The translations under genes were made by a program, and so were the position numbers. This document shows, piece by piece, positions 1 through 13,100 of a stretch of 64,000 nucleotides of DNA; positions within the stretch are counted from its first letter, which is position 1, and each line of letters begins with the position of its first letter. Below the pieces are notes generated by a model. The model had not been told where the DNA came from, made no database searches, and worked only from the letters and a program-made list of their open reading frames with translations. Source of the stretch: Podarcis liolepis (Eukaryota); NCBI GenBank assembly GCA_965112155.1, contig OZ218108.1. The stretch is one strand, 5' to 3'.

Positions 1-1068
1 TGTCAGTTAAAAGGAAGTGGAATGAAGGAAAATAAAGGGCAGAGGAAGCCCTTGGCAGTTTCTAGTAATGGTAGTGGGGGGTTAGTGCCCCTGCTCCCAG
101 TATATCACTGTACAGTAGGTTTGAGGGGAAGGCTTGGGAGAGCTGGAAGGAAAATAGGAAGTGCTCTTTATTCCTTCCCCACTCCTGAAACACCCTATCC
201 CACAAGCAGCCAGTACAGTACTGCCAGGTTCCTGCTCCAGGCCATTTAACGTGAGTACTCTTCTTAGGATATTTTGTAGCAGGTCCCACTGGCCTTGAAA
301 TATACACACTTTTAAGGGATAATCAGTTGATAATCTGCATGGAGCAGGGGTGTTTACAGCTGGGAAGGGATGGCAATAGACTGCATTGTTCCCATAGTGA
401 TTTAGTTTCTCTTTATGTGCCTTTTATTTTAAAGAGCATGAAGATCCGTTTGCAGTTTCAAAGAGCCCTACCATTTCTGTCAGCATTAAATCGGTACAAC
501 GAAAGAAAGAGGCAAGTTACCACAGCAATGAGTAAAATATATTCACTTGAATGTGCACATTCTCTTATGGTTGCCAGAGGTCTCTAAGCAGGCTGCATTG
601 CATGCCCTAAAGCTTGCAAACAAATAATACCTAAACTTCAAAGTCTTTGCTCTTTTCTGCCTGTTGAGGCTCAGTCTGTTTCCTGTGTCAGCTCAGAGCA
701 CATCCTCCTTGGGATCTTCACCTTACCTTCTGTTTTCTCTCTCTCCTGAGTTTTACCTGGATATTTTCCATTTAACCGTATAAAACCAAAAAGCTCATTT
801 TTTACCTCAGCAGCTCCTCCTTTTCCCACTCCACCCCCACCATCTTTTTCTGCTCCTTCTGGGTCTTGAAGCAGGTCTTAAGAATTTCCCCACCACTAGT
901 AACAAAGAAAACCAGACACATTTCTAGTGCTGGGCACTCATCAGTGGAAGCCGTAAGGATCCAAGCAGTCACCATTGGACTGTATAGATTTAAATAAGAT
1001 GTTTCTGTATGGCAATTACAGGCTGACATGCTCAAATGCACTTAAAAGCCTTTTTTTTTTAATTACAG

Positions 1069-1151
1069 CAGCCGTCTGTATCAGATGTTGAATATCCACA
1101 AGAAGATCCATTGACGGAAACATTGGAGGAAAAATTTACCAAGCTGGATAA
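1069..1151 (+). CDS. CPLANE1: CPLANE1 exon ([27 protein letters not shown])
   Basis: Poly-T tract plus CAG/CAG acceptor; donor GTGAGA; phase 2 end fits next exon. Confidence 0.7.
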
Positions 1152-4100
1152 GTGAGAGAAATTATATCCTTAATTTAAAATAAAATAAAATTGTGCTTTA
1201 ACTCTATTCTAGTTTAAGGGAAGTTTAGATACCTGACATTAAATTCATCATCAAAGAAAAGGATGTACTACTTAAAAGAGCAGTTTAGTTTTATCAGACT
1301 CCTGCAGATTTACATGAATCTAAACTAAACTTTTTTGAAAACTTTTTTGCTTTGGTATCTTGGCCATTTGTCACTTCCTTGTTTGCAACGGCCCCAGTCC
1401 AAAAAAATCCAGTTAATTTGTACAAAGAACTGTATCTCGTGGAGATTCCCTTCCCTCCTCTTCCGCTTCCTCTGATTTTATTAGAACTTTCAGTAAAGTA
1501 TTTCCTGGGACATCTTATTGTGTCACTTTTCTTCAGATGTTGCGGTGAAAGTTGCAGTCCTTCTGCTTGTGCAAGGACTTCCACTCTCCCAACAGAACTT
1601 CCTCTCCCTGTGTCTCTCCCAAAATTGTCTTCAGAGCTTTGGCAGTGGAGTGGGTGGCAACCTAGAAGAGAATTAGGGAGGTCACAGAGGGAAAAGATGG
1701 AGGAGAAATTCAGTTGCACTAGTCTGAACAGAACTATTTCATTTGATCCAACAAAGCAGGCCAGCTTTTATGAGTATATGACATAATTCAGACATTCCAC
1801 CCCCACTTGAATATGTGGGGCCAGCAAGCACCCTCTGAATTGGCCGCTTGTGTTTTAAGTAGGATCAAAGGAATAAAGAAGTATAACTTCTCTTAAAATA
1901 ATTGACATGCATTCAAATCAAGATACCTAATGTGATGAAAAAATCCTGATATATTTTTTCTCTCTACAGTATTTACCATACAAAATGCGAGACAACTCCC
2001 AATAACACTCCATGCTCATTTTGCCCTGAAATGAAGTCAGAAACTACTAGGTAAAAGAAACTAAGAAGCTCTTTTTAAATATTAGGCATAGCATAAGGTC
2101 ATCTGTCACCTTAATCTTTAAAAACACTTTTGGCCATTTCATGTGAAAAGTTGAAGTTATAATTAAAGATACGTTGGCTGCTTCATAAGTTTTGCAACCC
2201 ATTGTCTGGTACTGCATACAGGTAATGGCTGAGCAATTCAGTTTACTTTTGAGCCTGGATTCATAAGGGTTCAGTCAGATAACCTGCTTTTCAATGTCAG
2301 TGGCACTCAAGGCAGGGGATTGAGTCTACCAGCCCAAACATTCTAATCAGGAACTATCTGCTTGATTTTAGGTTGGTAGATGTTTAAGGAACTGCTAGGT
2401 ATTCTAGGAAGTACTACTAATACTAAATTCCAAATTGAACTCCATTTCCTTGTGTCAATATTCATTTAACATCTCATGTCTTACCAGCATTAAGGATCAA
2501 GTATCTTAAGTACAGCCTACTTTTTCTGTCTTTTTCACAGTGGTTGATTAAAGTAGCAATTTTGTTTTTAAAGAAAAAGCTATTAGCCATTTTGAGCCTA
2601 TAAAAGACAGCATGGTATTGTATATTTATAAGCACATTTCTAATTGTTAATGAGAAAAATCACTAAAAATATTTTCTAGTCTACTGTGTTAAGTATGCAA
2701 ATGACAAGCTGTCAGACAAAACAAAACTCTTAGCCACATCTTTATATTCCTATAAATAGCCATAGTTACTGTCTCCAGCAGTAGAAAGATTGGGGGCAAA
2801 CACTATATCAGATTAGGAGTATTTATGTGAAGTGATCAGAATCTAGGTATTTTACAAGTTAGTTTGTCTCAGGTATATTTCCCCTCTGCTTTTGCAGCGT
2901 ACAGCTTGCGGTCTCAGATGAACGGGCTTCTTTCACTGCAGTGTCAAGTGTTCTTCCAAGTAGTCCTCTTGTTCCAAAGAACGAAGAAGTTAACACTACT
3001 TTACCGACAGAACAACCACCAAATGTTTCAGATGCTGTTAGGCAAATGATGCAAGATGAAATGTTTAAATTGGTTCAGGTAAAAAATATTCATTATGAAA
3101 AAGTGCTCCAGAGCCTGCTAGAATTTTTCTGGGGGACATGTCTGAAACACTTACCGTATTTTTCGCCCTATAAGACGCACTTTTTCCCCTCCAAAAATGA
3201 AGGGGAAATGTGGGTGCGTCTTATGGGGCGAATGCAGGCTTTCGCTGAAGCCTGGAGAGCGAGAGCGGTAGGTGCGCACCGATCCCTCTCGCTCTCCAGG
3301 CTTTGCAGACCTCTCCTCAAGCAGCGGGAACGTTCCCGCTGCTTGGGGAGAGTTGCCGGCATGCCGAAGCCTGCGTGCGCTGACCTCAGCGCGTCCAGGC
3401 TTCGCGGATCTCTCCCCAAGCAGCGGGACCGTTCCCGCTGCTTGGGGAGAGTTGCCGGCATCCCGAAGCCTGCGCGCGCTGACCTCAGCGCGTCCAGGCT
3501 TCGCGGATCTCTCCCCAAGCAGCGGGACCGTTCCCGCTGCTTGGGGAGAGTTGCCGGCATCCCGAAGCCTGCGCGCGCTGACCTCAGCACGTCCAGGCTT
3601 CGCGGATCTCTCCCCAAGCAGCGGGACCTTTCCCGCTGCTTGGGGAGAGTTGCCGGCATCCCGAAGCCTGCGTGCGCTGACCTCAGCGCGTCCAGGCTTC
3701 GCGGATCTCTCCCCAAGCAGCGGGAACCACCGCTGGGCTCCCACGGCTTGCAGAGAGCTGCCTGTTTGGAGGCTGGGGTCGGGGGAAGCTCGGGCTGCCC
3801 CAGCCCCGCGCCTGGGGGGGAAATAATTTTTTCCCTTTATTTCCCCCCAAAAAACTAGGTGCGTCTTATGGGACGGTGCGTCCTATAGGGCGAAAAATAC
3901 GGTATAGCAGAAGAAGTTCCTTGTTTGTTTGTGTACATTTCACTAATTCATCATGTTGTTCCTCAAAGGGGGTTACATACGGTACTCGGGCAGCTTCTGG
4001 GGCAGACACAGATGGGGGTTCAACTACTCGCCTCCCCACATATTTGTTTGATGCAGGGAGGGGGACTGTGGCTACTGTCCTTGCAATACTTGCCTGTGCT

Positions 4101-7100
4101 TTGTGCATTTGCATGAATCCTATGCGATCAGGGTTCCCTGTAGGCACTTTCAGCTTTATGCACATAGGAACTTCTTTCCAATGCTCTGCTGAATGTTAAG
4201 AGGTTGGGTTAGAGCTGGCGGCAGCCCACTTGGGAGTGGGGCGAATGGGTACACTCCACACTTTAAGTACAGTCAAACCTCGGCTCCTGAGGTTTTGGAA
4301 CGTTTCGGCTCCTGAACTCCAAAAGCCCGGAAGTAAATACTCTGGTTTTCGAACGTTTTTCAGAAGCTGAACATCCGATGGGGCTTCCGCTTGAGTGCAA
4401 GAAGCTCTTGCAACCAATCGGAAGTGGCGCCTCAGTTGTTGAATGTTTTGGAAGTTGAACGGGCATCCGGAACGGATTACGTTTGACAACTGAGGTTTAA
4501 CTATGCACATGAAGGAGGCGTTTCTGAACAGTGTGGGAGTCTGATGTGACTTGAGATGATCCGTTGAGCAAGACTGTGTACTGTTTCATTTATTATATAT
4601 TGGTGAAAATTCTGCATCTACTATTGTAGTACTTGCAATAATTGCGCAGGACAAAACTGTGCTTGTGAAATATGATGTTCCTGAGCAGAATGCTTGGTAT
4701 TATTCAGCTAGTATTATTTCACTAAAATATAGACACTTTTGCATTCCTAGATAACCTCACTTTGCTGAGTCAGTGCAATAGAATAAGAATATTATGAAGT
4801 CGTGGGTTTTTTTAGTCATGATTTCGGTTTATATTCTAGCTGCAGCAGATCAACTTTATGAGCCTCATGCAAGTAGTAGGATCATCATTTGCCAACTTGC
4901 CAAATATGTCACAGCAGATGCAGCAGTCACAGTCCTTTCAGTTGGGAAGAAACCAGGCTTCAAACACTGGCAGCACTGATGTCAATAGGATTCCTCCAAA
5001 ACTTGTAACGTATGACTTACCAGTAAAAGAGATGACAACTCTAGAAAACAGTAGTGATGTCACTAAGAAAAACGCCAATTCCCAGGAGAAAAACAGCTTG
5101 CATTATCAAAGTCATAATGGAGATACTTCAGTAAGTAGAGAGTTGCACTTTTAAATGTAAATTTATAATTCATTTAGGGTCTCATCTATTACATTAAGTC
5201 AATGTCTGTTCACCTTGTGACAGTATATTTTTCTCTCATTTAGAATCCACTGCACATCAGTGATTCTTCAAGCTTACCAGAGTGCCAGACCAATGGAACA
5301 AGCCAGATTCCACCATTTCAAAACTTGCTTCATCAGGTTCCAGCCAGACCATTACCTTTATTATCAGTTTCCCTAAATGCTGAGAAGATCCCCAAGCTTA
5401 TTCCAGTTTCAAAACCCTTAAATAATGCAAGTGGGCTTCCTTTGCTTAAACTTAAACCTGACTTTCAGTTCCAGCCACTCAATATCTGCCCAGTAAAAAC
5501 CCCAAAAGTTTTCAATGGACCATTCCCAAAACAAAGAGAAGCCTGGGGTGTACCTCCTCCTCTGGTGAAGAGTCCTCAAGGTGTACAGATGCCAGAGTAT
5601 AAAGGAACAACAGAACACCTAAATTTGAACAACTATGATCAGGCAGGCCATTGGTCAGAAACTGTAAATAAGGGTCGGTCCAACCATGTTAATTTGGATG
5701 AATATGAGAAAAAAGAAAATATGGCGCCTTCACAACACCTTCATGCACATTTAAAGGCGGAGAAGCCACTGGTTGACAATGGGATTCCCTTGCATAAAAC
5801 TTACCAAAATTTTGCACAGATTCCTTTGCTTTATCTGAAGCCCTACTCGCAATACAAGCATCCATCTGCTATGCCACCTGCGAAACTTTCGGAAAAGAAC
5901 TTTGATTCCATAGACCCCTTTTCGCAGACAGGAATGCCATTGCTTTACACTAATTTACCTCCACTCACCAAGGTAATTGATTCTATATAAGCATGCATAA
6001 AGATATCTTTTGAAAGTTTTTCTGTTTCGGTCAGCCTGTCTAGACACATGATTTGGTTATATCCACTCTGAAATTTGCTTCAGATGTTTTATATGTTTTG
6101 TTGTTTTTAGATGTTATGTTTTTTATTTTCATTTGTATTTTTATTACTGAACTGTTTGCTGCTGGGCATCCTTTGGAGGATATCGACTTAAGAAATAACA
6201 AATATTTTAATTAAATAATTTAACCTTTCCTTTAAAACAGGGATGGGGAATTGGTGGCCCTCCAGATGTCGCTGACTTTGACTCCCATTATCCTTGAGCA
6301 GTGACCATGATGGCTGTGGCTCATTAGAGCTGGAATCCAGCAACATCTGGAGGGGCACAGATCTCCATCTCTGCTTTAAAAGATGTGCATAAGAATTAAG
6401 TACGTCTTAATAAACATTACTCCTTCCTTTGTTGTTTCCATTTACATTAGTGTGATTTGAATGTCTTTCAGTATTATCAGAGTCTGACCTCTTTTGCTTT
6501 TCAAAGTCATCATCCAAATTGGGAAAAATACATTATTCACATAATTATCAAATCCTGCTTTCTTTCCTAAACAGTTTCAAACACCAAAACTCATCCCACT
6601 TCAAACTCTCATTGCATTTGAGCAAAGCCGCCAGGTTGTCCAAGTCCCCCACATTGGGGTTAAAGACCATCCTGAAAAGATTCAGTTACTAAAAGCTAAC
6701 TTTAAACCGCGTGAAGTGAGACAAGATATGAATAATAAAAAAAGGTAAGAACAAATAGTACTGATCATACCAATCTATCTAAATGTGATCATATCAGTTT
6801 GGGTGAACTTAATGTAAGAAAACTAAGTAACTATGGGCTGATAATAAATTACAAAACAAATATAATTTATCCCTTCTAGTTGTACTGGTTCAGAAACAGT
6901 GGTTTCTTCTGCCAAATCAGAGGCAAGATAGCAAGCTGACTTTAGTCTGGATTATAGGATCCACAGAAACTTCATAAACTCTGGTTTGCTGTCTCTTGTT
7001 CCTTTCAGCCCACCAAGCTGAAACCAGTCTTGTTTCTTTTGTTATTTTACATGTTTTGTTTTAAAGAAGACTGCTTTAGCCCCACAAGTTCCCTGCTTCT

Positions 7101-10100
7101 TTTAAGAAGTGTGGGAGTTGCCTCTGACCCCTAATGAGCCTGGAGAGGAACTACTCACGGTAATTCTATCAAATACTGAAACCTCCATAGGCATAATTCA
7201 CTGTGCGAAATACCACGTGGAGAGGCAGGCAGGGTCTTGTGGTCCAGTTTCATGGTCATTTGAGTGTGTATAACTTGCCCATTTTTGCTTCCTTCTTTTA
7301 AACATGCTCTTGAGACACAAAATTAATTATTTGTTCTGGTCTTGAATGAAGTGGAGGTCTTCTCACGCTCATGTTGTCATATGTAGTACCCTGCCCCAAC
7401 AATTTGGTACCCTCAGGCAACTGCCAGGGCCCCAGCATCCCAGCAGGATCTACCAGCACAGGCACATGCCTTGGCCCTCCTCACACCAGTCAGTTGGATT
7501 TGGGAAACCATCTTTCAAAAATCTCCCACAATTCCCTGGGACACTGCACTCTTCAACCCTATGGGAACCTCCTTTTGTATCTCTCCTGTATCTCTGTTGT
7601 ACTGTGGTATTAAGCGGTAAAAGTAAATAAAACAGCCACTTCCCAGCTGCCTGCTGCTGTTTTCAGATGAGTCCATTCTCAGGGAACACCTGGACATATA
7701 AAGAGGCTTGCCAGGTGGTATTTGTATTTTCTGCGAGTCCCTTGACACAAGTGCCATCCCTAGGTTGCTCAGTTGATGGACTTTGCAATTTGCCTAAATA
7801 CAAAGAGAGAATTATCAGAATGTTGTTAAAATGCTAATGTAATAATAGGCAGAGGAGGCGTGTCAAGAAACAGATCAAAGAGAAGCAAGAAAGGAAGAAA
7901 GCAACTGTGACTTTTCAACAAGATGGCTCCATTGTTTCAGCTGATATTGTAGAGCAAGCAAAGGTACAGTGATACAGCAATTCTGACTTGTAATTATATT
8001 GTTGACTGTATTATTTGCTTTAATGAGCACTTCCAAGCTTTTGGTATTCAGCAAGAGGGATTCAAACACATAGCGGGAGATTTAGATTTGCAGAATTGAA
8101 GTGCTCTTTTGCCCTAGTGCAACAAATCCACTATGAAAAGGCAACAGACTTTTTGTGGTTAGGAAAGTAACGAGAAAATTCACTGAAAAGTGTGGGATGA
8201 ATGAATTACTAACTTGAAGACCCTGTGAGGAAATCAAGTCCAAAGCTTATTGTCATATAACCTCCCTGCTAACAAATCAGCACAATTGCTCAGGAAATAG
8301 GTCTACCTAAGCTACCACCCATGTGAACATGTCTGCATTTCTTTTCCTTAGGTTTCGTGTGACATTGTCATGCCAATAACAGCTCTGGAGCAGAGGAAGG
8401 GAGAACAAGAGATAGGTGCAGCCAGTGAAAAGGTTAACAACAACAACACAAAAAACTATACAGATTTAGTATAGAGTCTCATAGTGAGAAAAGAGCAGCT
8501 AAATGCTGAGCAGAAATGACACTGATATGATAATAGGTCTGATCCTGGGCAGGGCAGAAAAGGAACCAAGGGTAGCGCCTCCAGAGCAAAGAAATTCCTA
8601 ATAATAATAATAATAATAATAATAATTATTATTATTATTATTATTTATACCCTGCCCATCTGGCTGGGTTTCCCCAGCCACTCTGGGCAGCTCCCAACAG
8701 AATATTAAAAACACAATCAAACATTAAAAATTTCCCTAAGCAGGGCTGCCTTCAGATGTCTTCTAAAAGTCAGATAGTTGTTTATTTCCTTGACATCTGA
8801 TGGGAGGGCATTCCACAGGGCAGGTGCCACTACCAAGAAGGTCCTATGCCTGGTTCCCTGTAACCTTACTTCTCGCAGTGAGGGAACTGCCAGAAGGCCC
8901 TCGAAGCTGGACCTCAGTGTCCGGGCTGAACGATGGGGGTGGAGACGCTCTTTCAGGTGTACTGGGCCGAGGCCATTTAGGGCTTTAAAGGTCAGCACCA
9001 ACACTTTGAATTGTGCTTGGAAACATACTGGGAGCCAATGTAGGTCTTTCAGGACCGGTGTTATGTGGTCTCGGCGGCCACTCCCAGTCACCAGTCCAGC
9101 TGCCGCATTCTGGATTAGTTGTAGTTTCTGAGTCACCTTCAAAGGTAGCCCCACATGTTCCTGCCTATTCTGAGTAGGAGGCAAAGACAAACTTGGATGC
9201 TGACTTGTTAAAGTTAACTCTGGAGAAAGCAAAAGGGAAGGCTCAGCCGGGAAACCCAGCCAGATGGTCAGGGTATAAATAATAAAATTATTATTATTAT
9301 ACTCTGGCAGAACGATTATAAGACTTATTCTATGAAGTAAGCAATGTTAACATACATAATTTTTCAGTTGTGTATCTAATAGATCTTCCAGACAGGATGG
9401 ACTAATCAGAACAAAACCTATTTAATTTCCTTCCCTCACATGCTTCCTAGGTATATTTTAAAACGATGATGGGAATCACAGAAGCAAATCAAATTTAAAA
9501 TAATAATTTGTAAGAAAGTTATAGAAAACCATGTATGATCTCTTAATCAAAAGGAGTTGCCCACTTATCTGTTTCTTATTTAAACCTAATGTATTGAAAT
9601 AATATTAGTATCTTGAAATATGTTAGCAGAAGTTGAACCTATATGAATTTAATCATATTTATTCTTCTGTCAGGATAATCAAACAGAATTCAGCTATGAC
9701 CTCAATGATGGTGGGTCCTTACTGAGTGAGTATTTCAACAAAGCTGTTAAAAATGGAAGATCCAGTTATGACCTGTCCATTCTATTGAAATATGAGGTTG
9801 TATCCAACTAAGTCCTACTTGGAGTAGATCCATTGAAATGAATTAATTTAGTCATACCCGTTAATTTCTATTGGTCTGCTCTGAATAGGAGTAAGATGGA
9901 ACACAACCCGTGGTATTTATCTTGAACGACAGTGATATTTAGCATGATCTAGTAGATACAAAGAACTTTGGAATGAATAGTCAGTCATAACTTTACATGC
10001 ATTCACTGCTTTTGTGGATTCATTTTGAAATAAATCACTATTTCCTGGCATCAGTTTCCTATCTGTAGAATTGTGATTATATTTATAATGGATATAAGAG

Positions 10101-13100
10101 CAGGATATAAGAGCAGGATTCACCTAACGTACCTACATATGCAAAAATGTTTCTTTAATCTTTATTAAATATAATTTTAGGTTTTCTTCATTTTTAATTG
10201 TACAGCTGAGACAATGAAATTAGCAAAAACTATTGAAATAGTTTTCTTCCCCTACTAATTTTGATGTGGATAGTAATTATGTATTCCTCCCTCTTAGACC
10301 CAGAGGCAGTTATTTCTTCAGCAGGACTACATTACTTAGCTTCTGTAAGAAAAAGAATTTCAGATCTTCAAGATGCCTCTACAAATACAGATCCTGGTAA
10401 AATAACCTGCAGGAAATTGTTATGTTGTTGTTGGTTTTTTAGCTTTTGCAGCTAAATCCCTTTCCTCTAAGTTAATTTATATTGGATTATCTCCTAGCAG
10501 CACAATCCTATGCATGTCTACTCAGAACTAAGTCACATTGAGTTCAGTGTGACTTCTGGGTGTATTTAGGATTACAGCCTAAGAACTGTGAAAGAAATAG
10601 CAATCAATAATTTCTGCAGTGTTAAGCATTGTGTATGAAATTTGTCCTCTTCAGACCAAGTCCTTCCACCAGAAATAACCCTCCTTCAATAAGTAACAGA
10701 ATGTTTTGTTTTGCCTTTCTGTTGATTGATCTTGATTTTACTTTTTCTTACCAATCAAGTTAATAAATCACATCAAGATGTACAAACGGTCTCAGATGAA
10801 ATAGTTTCTGAACCTGATAAAAATCAAACAATCACCGCTGCTTCGGCATCTGTAACAGGTGTGCTTCCTTTCAGTCTGTTTCTATGAACTGTTTGTTTGT
10901 TTGTTTTTCAAATGTGTTCATTCTGGGTGGGTTCCACTTTTCCTGAAGTCTCCTGGGATGACTAAAAATTTGCTCTGGGTGTTGGAGAATAGTGTGGGAG
11001 GTGCTGCAGGGGACTAACCTTTTTTGAAGATTGGCCACATTGAGTGTTTGGACCATATGTTAGTGCATGCACAAATCTGTGGTGCCATTGTTAGAAGGAG
11101 AGGAACCAGGAACTCAGGAATGCAAGACTAACCTGCTGGATCAGACCAGTGCCCCATCTAGTCCAGCATCCTGTTGTCACAGCAGCCAGGTTTCTTCCTG
11201 TTTTCCAAGAATCTCTGAAACATTCTAATAAGGGCACCATACCAGAGAGAGAAGGGCCCTTTGGAAAAATAAAATGTAGCGCTATAATGTCACCTTGCTT
11301 ATGAGATCTGAGGATGGGGTTCAACCTATTATTAGGTGTGGTGTTCAACAGCGCCACCTGCTGGCGAAAAATAATTTTTGGAAAGTTTCTCAGCATTGCC
11401 CTTTAATAAAATAAATTGAGGAACACCAAAACCTGCTTGGGAAGCCAAACATGCCCTACAGGTTAGCCAACCCTGGTGTAGGGTAGAGGAAGAATTGGCA
11501 AATGAGTAGGCAGATCTGTTGAACTGACAGTCCGTGAAGGGACTCCTCTGGATCCAACCAGGTACCTTTAAATTTATCTTTAATTTCTTTTTATCTTAAA
11601 TTAATCTCCAGGTAATTCACTTGCTCTCCTAAGGCCAAATTATTCAAAATACTCTCAGAAATCCCTGTATTTTAATAAAGAATAGAATGTGCTTTCCTGC
11701 TATTGATTCATCTTGACTTTTATTTATTTTATCAATCAAGTTGTTAAACCTTTTGAAGATATGCAGACCATCTCAGAAGAAATCGTTTTTGAATCTGGTA
11801 AAAATCAACCAATCACTCCTGCTTCTGCGTCTGTAGCAGGTGTGTCATCGGTCTGTCCATGTTGATTTTTTATATGTGTACATTGTATCTTCCTTTAGAA
11901 AAGAAACTTTATTTTACTGATTTAGAATTCATATATATCTATAGTATGAGACTGCTCCCCCCCCCAGTTAATATGAACATAAAGTTCATGTTGATTTTTA
12001 TTGGCAAAGAAATGTTGATGAACCACGTTTTTCACTTACGTACCCTCTTTTATTGTCATTTGTTTTTCAAAGATAGCTAAGAAGTTAATATTTAGTCTTT
12101 GCCTTCTGTGAAAACCTTAGAAAAAAACTTTTGAGCAAATCTTGTATTTGTATTTCATATGTTATGATTAAGAGCGAATGGACTCCCCATCACACATCAT
12201 GTTGTTTTCTGCTGAGAACATGCTTGTGGAGGAGAGGGTTTAATTTTCCCATTTAATTTTCTCAGTCTTTGAAAGCAGTCTTTTCTCCCTTTGAAGGCAG
12301 TTACAGTGGTACCTCGGTTTACGAACTTAATCCATTCCTGAAGTCCATTCTGAAACCGAATCCGTTCTAAAACCGAGGCGCACTTCCACTGTTTGGATTC
12401 CGGTTTTGCGGACTTCGCAAACTGAATAGTTCGTCAACAAGGCTGTTCTTAAACTGAGGTACCACTGTATTTGCCTTGATAGGTAAAGGGTTAACCCACT
12501 CCCCCAGGGCTGCTGCTCCAAACAGAATCACAGGTCCTCTGTGGTTGCTTTTAACCAAAAAAAGGAAGAAATACTGAGCGCTCCAATGATGCATTTGCTG
12601 CATCTAGTGCAGTTATGCCCTTGAAAACCTAATTAAAGTTTTTCTGATGGAAATGAGCACCATTAGTCAAGTAAACTCTGCCAGAATCCCTCTTCTGGGG
12701 GAGACGCATGAGGCTCATTCCCACTTGTAGTACAGGGATAGGGAACCTGTAGCTCTCCATGTCTTGTTGGACTCCAGTTCCCATCAGCCTCAGCCAGCAT
12801 GCCCAGTGGTATGCGGGAGACAATATGGTAACTAACCCCCACTTCTCAGCACAGGAGGAAAATACCTTACTGTCATAGCATATTCAGGTTTTCAATGTTC
12901 TTATCAGTCCTATTGCTACTGTGTCCAAATATATTTTCCAGCATTCCTGGATATTTACTACCCATGGTGACTTAACAATTTCTTTTTCTTCACACAGAGC
13001 TTTTACCTGCAAGTGTTCCCCCGGCGTTGCCACCAGACTTGTACTTGAACCTTACTTTCCCTGCTGAATCAGGAAATGTGTCTTTACAATCCTCATCTGA

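Noticed and set aside
1294-1786. Overlapping 141/144-aa ORFs
   Set aside because: No recognisable homology; exons 1069-1151 and 1970-2050 join in phase across this region.
3311-3728. CRISPR-like array of palindromic repeats
   Set aside because: Units are contiguous near-identical 99-mers with no unique spacers, inside a eukaryotic MITE, with no cas genes.
3151-3826. ORFs 3151-3744(-), 3168-3716(-) and 3272-3826(+) as novel repeat proteins
   Set aside because: By-products of a GC-rich repeat whose unit length is divisible by 3.
8717-9232. 171-aa minus-strand ORF as a nested gene
   Set aside because: It is the C-terminal remnant of L2 ORF2 with no RT core.
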